In this document: one piece after another, positions 38,776-48,159 of the stretch | How the letters are laid out: each line of letters begins with the position of its first letter | Numbering within the stretch: position 1 is the stretch's first letter | NCBI GenBank assembly: GCA_001823925.1 | Contig: MHWB01000004.1 | Span: 22,390-86,389 of the forward strand | Reading direction: 5' to 3' | From: Candidatus Zambryskibacteria bacterium RIFCSPLOWO2_01_FULL_39_39 | Lineage (GTDB): Bacteria; Patescibacteriota; Minisyncoccia; Phycocordibacterales; WO2-35-19 | DNA: 64,000 bases | The notes under the pieces: generated by a model | Seen by the model: only the letters and a program-made list of their open reading frames with translations | What the model was told of the DNA's origin: nothing | Database searches by the model: none | Translations under genes and position numbers: made by a program

Positions 38776-39819
38776 TTAAAAAAATATTTTAGCCAGAGAA
38801 AGTACACCCTGCTTCCAAGGGACACGATGGTTAACACCGCTTTTACCCTTAAACTCACTTCGATGAGAGAGGTACCATTCGTAATTTCGTATCAGCGCAT
38901 CTTTGTTTGAATATTTCGGATTCCAACCGAGTATTTTTTGGGCTTTTTCGATTGACACGAAGCTGTCTCTGGAAGCTGTCTCGTAAACCCATTTATAAAG
39001 AGGTGAAAGATGTAAGGCTTCAAGAACACGCAGGATCCAAATCATAGGAGAAGCGGGGAAACCTTTTATTTTTTTACCAAAACCGGCGTAATCCAAAACC
39101 GCCTGATAATCTTCTCTCATAGTAGTAAATTCTTTGGCACCAAAATTAAACATATCATTTACTTTTTCTTTTTCCAGAGTGGAACATAAATATATCCCAT
39201 CGCAAAAATCCTCCACATCCATCAATTGATAACGGTTGTGTCCAAAACCAATCATCGGAAATCCATGTCCCGTAGAAGCCCAATCATAAAAGAGAGCAAA
39301 CACCCCAAGACGCTCCGGTCCGATAAAAGATTTTGGTCTAAGTATTGACACAATCATTCCTTTTTTCCTAAAATCCAGACAGATTTTTTCGGCGGCAATC
39401 TTGGCTTTTCCGTATTCCCCCACTCCATCCAATTTGTCTGTTTCGTAAAGGGGATGGTGGTCCGGTATTCCATAGACCGCAGTCGAAGAAATATGAATCA
39501 CTCTCTGAATACCGTTGTCTTTTGCTGCTTGACAGACATTTCTTGTGCCATCAATGTCAGTTGTACGTATATCTTCGGCTTTATACAGAGGCAGAGCCGC
39601 CGCCATATGAATAACGATATCTGTCCCTTTCATACTTTCTGTCAAAAATTCCAGATTGCGTATATCCCCCATTACCCACCTTACTTTGTTTTTTTCTGGA
39701 TAATCAAAGGGTAACAGGTCATAAGAAATAATTTCGTGCCCATTTTTGAGTAAAAATCTTACCATATTGATGCCCAAAAAACCTGACCCGCCGGTAATAA
39801 AATAAGTCATATTAAACAA
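38776..39819 (-). CDS. NAD-dependent epimerase/dehydratase (extended SDR)
   Basis: FITGGSGFLG glycine motif and YGKAK catalytic motif. Confidence 0.7.
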   Translation of the reverse strand: MFNMTYFITGGSGFLGINMVRFLLKNGHEIISYDLLPFDYPEKNKVRWVMGDIRNLEFLTESMKGTDIVIHMAAALPLYKAEDIRTTDIDGTRNVCQAAKDNGIQRVIHISSTAVYGIPDHHPLYETDKLDGVGEYGKAKIAAEKICLDFRKKGMIVSILRPKSFIGPERLGVFALFYDWASTGHGFPMIGFGHNRYQLMDVEDFCDGIYLCSTLEKEKVNDMFNFGAKEFTTMREDYQAVLDYAGFGKKIKGFPASPMIWILRVLEALHLSPLYKWVYETASRDSFVSIEKAQKILGWNPKYSNKDALIRNYEWYLSHRSEFKGKSGVNHRVPWKQGVLSLAKIFF

Positions 39820-41088
39820 TTATACTAGATAAAATAGCCAAAATATATAAACCCCCCAACTAAGGAAAGAGCCGAGTATTAAGCGATCTTTAAAAACTAA
39901 AATCTCTGGTGATTCCGCTTCGTGAGGATTAGTATATATGTGATTAAGAATCCTAAAAATTGCAAAAACAACAAAGATGGTAGAGTAGACGAGATATGGA
40001 GAATTGTGCTCTGTCACACTCCAAATTCCATATGCAATAATGGCCAAAGATGCCGAGATGCCGAGCATAAAATTGAGAGCTTCACTTGAATAATCATTTA
40101 AAACCAATCTTCTGTTCTCTTTTGTATGTTCCGCCCTCCTTTTGCCGAGAATTACAAACAAGGAACCAAAAAAAACACATACAACAATCCAAGGGGACAC
40201 ATATATTTCAGTAGCTAAACCCCCAGCAATTATTCTAAGAATATAGAACAGTGATATGAGGATTATGTCTAGAACGGCAATATGTTTAAGTTTAAAAGAA
40301 TAAAAAATATTTATAACAACATACAGTAGTATAGGTAAAATTATTGATGGAACCAACATAACCAAATAAAAAATACCTATCGCCAGAAAAAAAATAAGAA
40401 GTATTGCATTCTTTTTAGATATTTCGGCAGAAGCAATTGGACGATTTTTCTTTTTTGGATGCAGACTATCTTGTTTGTAATCTAAAATATCGTTAAAAGT
40501 ATAGACCAGGCTAGAAGCCAAACAAAAAGTGATGAAAACTAGTAAAGTCCTTGAGAACAGAGATGAGTTTAACACTCCAACAGCAAAAAACACCGGCGCA
40601 AATACAAGTAAATTTTTAATCCACTGCCATGGGCGGACCAGTCTTATATACGGCAAAACAGCCCAAACAATATCATCTAGAATATAAGAAAGCTTTGCAA
40701 CCAAAGAATCATCCCGACAACTAAGGTGATCCACTTTTATGAATTTTACTCCTAAAAATTTAGCTAGCAAACCATCTGTAAGATATTTGTCTCCCACTAC
40801 CACCACCCTTTCTTTGTCTATATTTTTTAAAATTTTGTTAAATACTCCAGTAAACGGTTTTTTACAAACCAAATATGAGCATCCGGACATCTCAGCAAAC
40901 TTTTTGGCATTTTCCCATGATCCGTTTGAACACAAATACAAATTATTTCTCTCCTTTAATTTTATAAGTTTATTAAAAACCGATGAGGAAATGTCTTTGT
41001 TTTTATCCAGAGTTAAAGTTCCATCAACATCAATTATAAAAGTATGATTTTCAAAATATTCTATGTCGGTCTCAAGAAAATTTTTCAT
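39820..41088 (-). CDS. HAD-like phosphatase fused to UbiA-family polyprenyl-phosphate phosphoribosyltransferase (DPPR-synthase-like)
   Basis: N-terminal IIDVDGTLT (HAD motif I) ... VVVGDKYLTD. The C-terminal 8-TM domain carries NDILDYKQDSLHPKKKNRPIASAEIS, which closely matches the Rv3806c-type NDxxDxxxD...HPxKxxRPIAxG motif. Confidence 0.6.
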   Translation of the reverse strand: MKNFLETDIEYFENHTFIIDVDGTLTLDKNKDISSSVFNKLIKLKERNNLYLCSNGSWENAKKFAEMSGCSYLVCKKPFTGVFNKILKNIDKERVVVVGDKYLTDGLLAKFLGVKFIKVDHLSCRDDSLVAKLSYILDDIVWAVLPYIRLVRPWQWIKNLLVFAPVFFAVGVLNSSLFSRTLLVFITFCLASSLVYTFNDILDYKQDSLHPKKKNRPIASAEISKKNAILLIFFLAIGIFYLVMLVPSIILPILLYVVINIFYSFKLKHIAVLDIILISLFYILRIIAGGLATEIYVSPWIVVCVFFGSLFVILGKRRAEHTKENRRLVLNDYSSEALNFMLGISASLAIIAYGIWSVTEHNSPYLVYSTIFVVFAIFRILNHIYTNPHEAESPEILVFKDRLILGSFLSWGVYIFWLFYLV

Positions 41089-41089
41089 T

Positions 41090-42580
41090 TTATTTTTTTA
41101 GTCTCCAAATATCAGAAATTATTTTGCCATCCAGATAAAAGGGGCTGTAGTGTGATTGTATCCATTCTTCTGAAAAACAATTTTTCAGCTCCTTTTTGGA
41201 TATGAGCAACCAATCCGGCCTCATTTCTTCAATCATTTTTGGTGGGTATGTAAATTGTAAGGTCTTATCAACACATTTATCTAAAATAGGATAAAATCTT
41301 GAAGCATCCGGATTTATAAGACCAAAAGGATCAATTATATAAGCTCCCGTCGCATATCCGATTGCTCCAAAATTGTTGACCATTACTTTTTCATTGGATT
41401 TTAAAGAAGGTTTGATCTGCCCAGCTATTTCAAATAAACCTAATATTTTGTTGCCCTCGTTATTGTTTGTGGCGAGCCCATACCACCTCACTGCTGGACC
41501 GGAAATTAAAATTAGTGTACAAAGTCCAAGCAACCAAGGTTGTCTGGTTTTAGAAATCAAAACTACTGCTCCGGCAAAAGAAATGAGTATCCAAGCTGGT
41601 TTCAACTGACTGGTATACCAAGGAAACATGACCGGATTTGAAATACTGTAAGAAATAAGATAAGCGAGAGAAATCGCTAAAATAATCCAATTATCCTTAT
41701 TCATTCTTTTTTTAATCCAAACCAACACAAAAAAACAAACAGGTAAAAGATTTACCGCTACTTGCGCGGGAATATTGTCTGGATCAAAGATATTTCCCCA
41801 ATATATTCTGCTTATAGAAGATGTCTGAACCTTAAAAGCTTGAAAACTGGACTGATTAATAATATCGTTGACGTGGAGTTTGGCCATTACAGATTGGGGA
41901 ATTGGGGAGCCAAAATATAGTGTAGCAAAAATAAGCCAGGGTAAAGAGATCCCAATCGTAACAACTGTATATTTTATAGTTTTTCGCAAACCTTCTTTTT
42001 GCCACCAATATATAAAAGCAAGAATAGCAATAAGCCCAGCATCTGGCCTTGTGAGTAAAAGTAGCGAAAGAAATATACTAGAATATATAAATTTTTTCTG
42101 AAGTAAAAAATCAAGGAAAACAAAAAATATAAGAAGGAAGAGAGACGTCTCCATTCCTTGCGGAATAATCCTCCCTGAACTCAAAAAATAAATAGTGGCT
42201 GATATTAAGGCCCATCTATCGGACACAAACCCAGAAGAGAGTCTGTAAAAAAATGCCGCCGACAAAGAAAAAAGGGTAATGTTTACATAGGCCACAAGAT
42301 CTGGAGTGTTTACTATTTGAAAAACATACTTAATGGACGCCAAAAGAAGGGTAAAAAGAGGTGTGGTAGAGCCTAAAATTTTTTCTCCCATATTGTAAAC
42401 AAAACCATCACCTCGAGCTATATTATCAATGTATCTGTATAAAATAAACTGATCATCGCTCGCATAACGCAAAGCACTATTACAATACGAATATATTGTA
42501 AAAAGAGATGCCCCAATAGTAACCAAAATTTCTTTGTTATATATCTTAGAAAGATTTTTAATCATCAATATAATATTCAT
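41090..42580 (-). CDS. Polytopic membrane protein, putative GT-C glycosyltransferase
   Basis: 496 aa, >10 TM segments. The early loop has RYASDDQFILYRYIDNIARGDGF, with an Asp-rich motif typical of GT-C first loops. Confidence 0.4.
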   Translation of the reverse strand: MNIILMIKNLSKIYNKEILVTIGASLFTIYSYCNSALRYASDDQFILYRYIDNIARGDGFVYNMGEKILGSTTPLFTLLLASIKYVFQIVNTPDLVAYVNITLFSLSAAFFYRLSSGFVSDRWALISATIYFLSSGRIIPQGMETSLFLLIFFVFLDFLLQKKFIYSSIFLSLLLLTRPDAGLIAILAFIYWWQKEGLRKTIKYTVVTIGISLPWLIFATLYFGSPIPQSVMAKLHVNDIINQSSFQAFKVQTSSISRIYWGNIFDPDNIPAQVAVNLLPVCFFVLVWIKKRMNKDNWIILAISLAYLISYSISNPVMFPWYTSQLKPAWILISFAGAVVLISKTRQPWLLGLCTLILISGPAVRWYGLATNNNEGNKILGLFEIAGQIKPSLKSNEKVMVNNFGAIGYATGAYIIDPFGLINPDASRFYPILDKCVDKTLQFTYPPKMIEEMRPDWLLISKKELKNCFSEEWIQSHYSPFYLDGKIISDIWRLKK

Positions 42581-42588
42581 TGCAGTAA

Positions 42589-43302
42589 TCAGAATTTTTT
42601 AAATTTGTAATAAATAATCAAAGGTAACATCCTAAACCCAAGTTTAGCCGCCCTCCAAACACTACCGGTATACATAGATTGGCCAATTCTTTCTTTATAA
42701 ATAACCGGCACCTCAATGAGGTTAACGTCCTTTTTAATAAGCCAGATCATCAACTCTGGAGAAAATTTACCATCACCTTTTGATAACGTAAATAGTGGCT
42801 TTATTTTTTCCAAAGCTTCTCTAGACACCAATTTATAAGTACAGCCAACATCTGTTAAAACTGGACCATTAAATAAAACTTCTATAACTTTGGCCCAAAG
42901 CCAATTGCCAAACCGTACAGGAAAGGGCATAAAAGCTCCCGACCAAATAGCTGATCGTGAGGTGCGAGTCCCCAAGACGGCATCAAATTCTTCGCTATAA
43001 GCTAAAAGTTTCTCAATATCTTTTGGTAAAAAGGTACCATCTGCCTCAGTCATTACAACCAGATCACCAGTGGCTTCATGTATACCACGCATAAGTGCAT
43101 GTCCATACCCCTGTTTATTTTCGTGAACTAGGTGGGCATTAGTTTTTCTCACTTCTTCTTTGGTATTACCGAGCGCATTATTATCAACCACTATAACTTC
43201 ATCAACCAGACCAGTTGCAAAGAAGCCATCTATCACCTCCCTAATACTTTCTGCTTCATTATAAGTGGGTATGACCACGCTTACTTGTTTATTTTTGTAC
43301 AT
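42589..43302 (-). CDS. Polyprenyl-phosphate sugar synthase, GT2 (DPM1/PPM-like, soluble)
   Basis: VSVVIPTYNEAESI...VVDNNALGNT...TEADGTF (DAD motif variant). Confidence 0.7.
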   Translation of the reverse strand: MYKNKQVSVVIPTYNEAESIREVIDGFFATGLVDEVIVVDNNALGNTKEEVRKTNAHLVHENKQGYGHALMRGIHEATGDLVVMTEADGTFLPKDIEKLLAYSEEFDAVLGTRTSRSAIWSGAFMPFPVRFGNWLWAKVIEVLFNGPVLTDVGCTYKLVSREALEKIKPLFTLSKGDGKFSPELMIWLIKKDVNLIEVPVIYKERIGQSMYTGSVWRAAKLGFRMLPLIIYYKFKKF

Positions 43303-44344
43303 TTTGTATTTCTTTAACTAACTTTTCAATTAAAACACTTAGACTATGTTTTTCCAGGACATACTTTTGGAGACTTGCCGATAATACAAATCTTTCCTCA
43401 TTACCTATATCCAATAATGATTCAATCTTTTGGGCAATTTCTGCCACCGTCTCATTCTTTGCAATCATTCTATCATCAATCTCTCCAACTAAAGATTTAT
43501 TAGCAACTACAAGCAGACAACCACAAACCACCGCCTCAAGGATGGTTTTATCAAAACTACCAGAAGGAGTCAGGTTTACAAAGATGTCATGCTCTTTGTA
43601 AATTTTAGGTGTTTCGTGATTAGCTACTCCATTACAAAAATTTATTTTGTCTGCCAATCCTAATTCTTCTACTTTAGTTTTAAGATAATTATAATAGTCT
43701 TCGCCTCCCACGGTTGGATTACCGTAAAAATCACAAACAAAATCTACATTTTTTTTATTTAAAATATTTAGAGCTTCAATCAATAAATCAGGTCTCTTTA
43801 TCGGATCCATCCTAGAAAGAAAAAGGATGCTTCTTTTTCTAGATTCTAGATTCTGGATTCTGGATTCTGGATTAAAAACACCTGTATCAATCCCAACTGG
43901 CATTAAAATCGTCTTTTCATATTTAGCCACAAAAGCAAATTTTGAAGTGCAAAAAACTTTATTGGAAAACCAAACAGCAATTCTTGTAAATAGATTTCCT
44001 AATTGATGATTGCGCCAAAAATAAATTTTTTTTCTCAAAATTTTCCACAAGAAACCTCCGAGTAAAACGTATTCCTGATTCATATGGACAAAAACCGAAT
44101 CGTATTCTTTGTGCAATCCCAAAATCAAATTGAAGAAATTTTTTATATACTTTATTCTGGCTTTGCCAGACTCTTTTCCAAGAGAATAAATTTTTATATT
44201 TTGAGGTAAATCAAACTCTCTCTTTTCTAAGCAAATAACTGTTATTTTTTCAAACTTTTTTGAAAGTTCCAAAATCCAATTATGCATAAAACCCAAAATC
44301 GAATCCTCCTTGTCTACTTTTTGAGTAATTATTAAAAGACGCAT
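43289..44344 (-). CDS. GT4 family glycosyltransferase
   Basis: 351 aa, GT-B fold. The interdomain linker contains a heptanucleotide tandem repeat. Confidence 0.65.
   Translation of the reverse strand: MRLLIITQKVDKEDSILGFMHNWILELSKKFEKITVICLEKREFDLPQNIKIYSLGKESGKARIKYIKNFFNLILGLHKEYDSVFVHMNQEYVLLGGFLWKILRKKIYFWRNHQLGNLFTRIAVWFSNKVFCTSKFAFVAKYEKTILMPVGIDTGVFNPESRIQNLESRKRSILFLSRMDPIKRPDLLIEALNILNKKNVDFVCDFYGNPTVGGEDYYNYLKTKVEELGLADKINFCNGVANHETPKIYKEHDIFVNLTPSGSFDKTILEAVVCGCLLVVANKSLVGEIDDRMIAKNETVAEIAQKIESLLDIGNEERFVLSASLQKYVLEKHSLSVLIEKLVKEIQNVQK
43839..43873. repeat. Heptanucleotide tandem repeat (CTAGATT)2(CTGGATT)3
   Basis: Five consecutive 7-nt units, in frame, within the GT4 gene. They encode NPESRIQNLESR. 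Confidence 0.85.
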
Positions 44345-44345
44345 T

Positions 44346-45896
44346 TTAGGATTTATTAAATATAAAAAACTTATAAGAAATAAAATTTTGAATCATCACA
44401 AAGAAGCCGGCAATAATTTGGGAAAAGACGTACCAGATTCCAAATATCTCCACGCATAGAGAGATTAATATGGTGTTGGTTATCACCCCCAAAATAGCCA
44501 CAATAAAGAATTTTGAGAACTGCTGATGAATGTTGCGAGTTTCAATATCTTTAAAAACTACAAATTTTTGTAAAATAAAACTTATTAGCAGGGACACTAA
44601 AAAAGCGATGATCGAGGAGTACAAATACCAAATATCAAATACATCAGTAAAAATATAAATTGAAATTATGTTAGTGGCCGCCGCCGTGATACCGCAAATA
44701 AAATAACGTAAGGCCATAAAAGAATTAAAAGCTGTTTTTTTAAAATTAAAAATTCTTGATATGAAATTTATTTTCTTAAAACCAACAACTGTTTTTGTAA
44801 TAGAATCGGCATAATTTTTAAAATAGTCTTTTTCTGACTGAAGATGTCTATAGGCAGACTCTCTGGCAGATTGCCCCATCTTTTGAGCTAAATTTTTATC
44901 TCTATAAATTTTCAAAATACTTTGAGTAAAACAATTTAAATCTTTAGCATCACAGACGAAAGCTTCTTCTCCATCTTTGAAAACCTCTCCCGCCACGCCA
45001 GTATTGGAAATCACCAATGGTAAACCATAAGTGCCAGCTTCCACCATAGACATTCCATAACCCTCATAAAGCGAAGTAGAAATGTATATATCTGACTCTT
45101 CATAATACTTTTCTAAATTATTTTGCCAACCGGCAAAAATAACTTTTTTCTCAATTCCTAATTCTCTACATAAATTTTCTAAATTTTTTCTTTCGCCACC
45201 ATCCCCAACTATCGTAAAATTAGCTAAAACTCCTAAATCTAAAACTCTTTTAAAAGCTTTTGCGGCTATTTCCAAATTTTTCTCCTTTTCCAGTCGGCAA
45301 ACAGTTAAAATATTCAGTGAATTTAAATTTTCAGAGATTACACTCTTTTTACGATCGTAAGAACATTGTAATTTTGTATAAATGGGCAAGACATCAATAT
45401 TTTTAGAAAAAGTTTCAATTGATTTTTTAATTCTCTCCGAGACCACCCTGACTCTATCGGAATATCTTAGAGTAAATTCAGACATTATAAAACGAATTTT
45501 ATTTAACAGAGATGACCCCTTAAAATATTTATGCGCTAAGTCAGTATGAATTTGGATATGTAATGGTAAACCAAAAAATAGCTTAACCATAGCGCCCACA
45601 ATACCGGTTTCAAATGGGTCCTGACAAGTCAGAACAACATTATCTTTCCCAGAATTTTTTAAAATTTTTCTTATTATCTTTATAAAATCAAAGACATAGA
45701 ACACTCTTACTTTCGATTTACTTGGGTATAAAAACACATTACGAGAAAGAGTTTGATTTTCAAATTTATCTAAGTCTGGTGTAAAAACAACCAAATGTAG
45801 TTCATCAAATATTTTTCCATATTCAATCATCCTCTGTCTAACCGCAGAATTTTCTTCAAATATTTTTTGACCCATTCCTATAGATATAACTTTCAT
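44346..45896 (-). CDS. GT4 glycosyltransferase fused to C-terminal GtrA-like membrane domain
   Basis: N-terminal ~370-aa GT-B domain. The C-terminal 4-TM region (FMALRYFICGITAAATNIISIYIF...) resembles GtrA-family proteins. Confidence 0.55.
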   Translation of the reverse strand: MKVISIGMGQKIFEENSAVRQRMIEYGKIFDELHLVVFTPDLDKFENQTLSRNVFLYPSKSKVRVFYVFDFIKIIRKILKNSGKDNVVLTCQDPFETGIVGAMVKLFFGLPLHIQIHTDLAHKYFKGSSLLNKIRFIMSEFTLRYSDRVRVVSERIKKSIETFSKNIDVLPIYTKLQCSYDRKKSVISENLNSLNILTVCRLEKEKNLEIAAKAFKRVLDLGVLANFTIVGDGGERKNLENLCRELGIEKKVIFAGWQNNLEKYYEESDIYISTSLYEGYGMSMVEAGTYGLPLVISNTGVAGEVFKDGEEAFVCDAKDLNCFTQSILKIYRDKNLAQKMGQSARESAYRHLQSEKDYFKNYADSITKTVVGFKKINFISRIFNFKKTAFNSFMALRYFICGITAAATNIISIYIFTDVFDIWYLYSSIIAFLVSLLISFILQKFVVFKDIETRNIHQQFSKFFIVAILGVITNTILISLCVEIFGIWYVFSQIIAGFFVMIQNFISYKFFIFNKS

Positions 45897-45900
45897 TTGT

Positions 45901-46914
45901 TTAAATTATTAAAACATTCAAAAATTCATCTGCAATTTGTTCCCACGTATGAACAAAATTAAAGTTTCTGACTTTTTCTTTAGCCTTCTTGTAGCCATTT
46001 TCGGTCAATAAATTTAAAATCGCTGCTTCTATTTCATTTTCATTTAAAGGATCCACAAAAATACCCGCATCCTTTATTCTCTCATACATACCAACTTCTC
46101 TTGTACATATAAAAGGCCTATTAAGTCGTATGGCATCCAAAATCATATTGGGACTTATATCTCCAAAAGAAACCAGGATTACAGCATAGCTATTTTTCAT
46201 TCTTTGCATCAACTCCCCAAATGGTAAGTTGGCAAAAAACAAACTAACTTCTGGATTATCTTTTTGTATTTTTTTGAAGACATTTTCTAGAGTATCCAAA
46301 TTTTTCCCTACAAGCTTTCTTGTTGAGCCAATAAATTCTTTTGCTGTGGGTTCTATATCTTCTTCTTTGTGTCCGTAATAATTTTCTACAATAGAAGTCT
46401 TGCTCTTGTCTAAATTATAAGCATTTATAAAAATATCTCTCTGCCAATCTGTAGAAAATATAATATGAACAGTGTTATGTAATGTCCATTTTGTAAGTCT
46501 AAATACTAACTTCTCCTTAAAAGAGAGGTTGCTTCTTTCTGTACTATAAAAATTCCTAAGCAAAATTTTTCTACCTGTTCTTTCAATATATTGCTCCCAA
46601 AGAAAATCTCCCCCCGTTCTTATTATCATTTTTTTACCAAACAACCCAGAAGCCATAGATGTCGGTAAACCTACACTAAATGTATCCAGTGCAAATATTA
46701 CATCAGCTCTTAAAACAGCCGGAATTATTTTTATAAAAAAGAAAATATGCCTAATACCAGTAGGAAGGCTGTTTTCTATATTAAATGTTTTTATGTATAC
46801 AAAGTGTCCCATCCTTTCGAAAGATTCTTTAAGGTTTAGAGCGTACTGGGCTGGGCCTCCGATTTTGGGTGGATATATGCCGGTTGTAATAAGTATTTTC
46901 ATTCTTTTTTTCAT
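45901..46914 (-). CDS. GT4 family glycosyltransferase
   Basis: KILITTGIYPPKIGGPAQYALNL N-terminal motif. I chose the start at the ATG at 46914 to avoid overlap with the upstream gene. Confidence 0.6.
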   Translation of the reverse strand: MKKRMKILITTGIYPPKIGGPAQYALNLKESFERMGHFVYIKTFNIENSLPTGIRHIFFFIKIIPAVLRADVIFALDTFSVGLPTSMASGLFGKKMIIRTGGDFLWEQYIERTGRKILLRNFYSTERSNLSFKEKLVFRLTKWTLHNTVHIIFSTDWQRDIFINAYNLDKSKTSIVENYYGHKEEDIEPTAKEFIGSTRKLVGKNLDTLENVFKKIQKDNPEVSLFFANLPFGELMQRMKNSYAVILVSFGDISPNMILDAIRLNRPFICTREVGMYERIKDAGIFVDPLNENEIEAAILNLLTENGYKKAKEKVRNFNFVHTWEQIADEFLNVLII

Positions 46915-46921
46915 ATTTATT

Positions 46922-48109
46922 CTAAACTTTTTTGAAAACTTCTTTAAACTTTTCTGCAATCAGATTCCAATCATATTTTTCTTTTGCTAGCTTATAGGCA
47001 TTTTCTAAGATCTTTTCTTTATTCGTATCTTCTAAAACCCTTACTACCGTTTTAGATATACTTTCTGGATTATTAGGCTCACAAAAATATCCTGTCTGTA
47101 TTTCCATCCCACTTCGCATCTCCTTCCGGTCGAGCTTCGCGGGATCTACGAGAAAATCTACAATGCCACCAACTGGAGTTGCTATCACAGGGATTCTTGA
47201 TGCAAAAGCTTCTATAAAAGAATTACCCATACCTTCAGATAAAGATGGGCGGATAAAGACATCACAAGCTTTCAAATATTTTGGCAGATTTTCGTGTGAG
47301 ACATTGCCCGCAAAAATTACTCTATTTTCTAGCTTCAAGCTTCTAGCTTCAAGCTTCAAGCTTTTTTCTAGTTCTCCCTCTCCACAAATTAAAAATTTAA
47401 TATTTTCTGCTAAACTAGGCAAGGATTTTATGACATCCCCCACCCCATTTTTAGTAACAAGACGTGAGGTAGTAACAAGTATGATGTCTTCTTTCTTTAG
47501 ATTAAAACTTTCTCTTATTTTTATTCTCTCTTCTTCAGACAATTGAATATCAAATCTGCTTACATCAACGCCGTTTGGGATTACCCATATCTCCCCTTTA
47601 TATCCAAACCTCTCTGCCCGATCCTTAAGAAACTGACTAAGCACAGTAAGATAAGAGGTCCTCTTAAGTGCCATCTTCCAAGATAGGTCTATTAAGCCCA
47701 ACCACCTTCTGCTGAAATGTTCCTCAGAATCACCTTCCTGTAGATTCAAAACTATAGGTGTTTTCTTTCTAGAAAAAATATTGGATATATAAGCTGCACC
47801 CGATGCAAAAGTTGCCATCACACACCAAAATGCTTTGTAGTCATTTCTCTTTTGTAAATACCTCGCAAATAGAGCCCCTTCAAAAGGTAATGAGAGCTTA
47901 TCAATCAGTGGAACCCCTACCCCAAGTCGATAAACTGTAACATTACCAATTCTCTCTTTAAAAGGAAGTTTTTTGGAAAATCTTGCGGTAATCAGATCAA
48001 ACTGTATATCAGGAATCCTATCTGTTATTTCCTTTATAGCAACCTCTGCCCCACCCACCAACGGATAGTAGGCAGTTGAAAATATGAGTATTTTTCTAAT
48101 TTTTTCCAC
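46922..48109 (-). CDS. GT4 family glycosyltransferase
   Basis: ILIFSTAYYPLVGGAEVAIKEI. GT-B fold with a second heptanucleotide repeat in the linker. Confidence 0.65.
   Translation of the reverse strand: MEKIRKILIFSTAYYPLVGGAEVAIKEITDRIPDIQFDLITARFSKKLPFKERIGNVTVYRLGVGVPLIDKLSLPFEGALFARYLQKRNDYKAFWCVMATFASGAAYISNIFSRKKTPIVLNLQEGDSEEHFSRRWLGLIDLSWKMALKRTSYLTVLSQFLKDRAERFGYKGEIWVIPNGVDVSRFDIQLSEEERIKIRESFNLKKEDIILVTTSRLVTKNGVGDVIKSLPSLAENIKFLICGEGELEKSLKLEARSLKLENRVIFAGNVSHENLPKYLKACDVFIRPSLSEGMGNSFIEAFASRIPVIATPVGGIVDFLVDPAKLDRKEMRSGMEIQTGYFCEPNNPESISKTVVRVLEDTNKEKILENAYKLAKEKYDWNLIAEKFKEVFKKV
47330..47364. repeat. Heptanucleotide tandem repeat (AGCTTCA/AGCTTCT) x ~5
   Basis: AGCTTCA AGCTTCT AGCTTCA AGCTTCA AGCTTtt, in frame, encoding KSLKLEARSLKLE. 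Confidence 0.85.
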
Positions 48110-48159
48110 TCCTTAACTATATCAAAATCCTTATTTTTAGCCACCTAAAAGAAAAGTTT

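Noticed and set aside
43839-47364. Heptamer repeats rich in HindIII (AAGCTT), XbaI (TCTAGA) and BamHI (GGATCC at 43803) sites, considered as cloning or synthetic-construct artefact
   Set aside because: The repeats are in frame in native-looking coding linkers. The flanking sequence has normal codon usage. No vector-like sequence is present.
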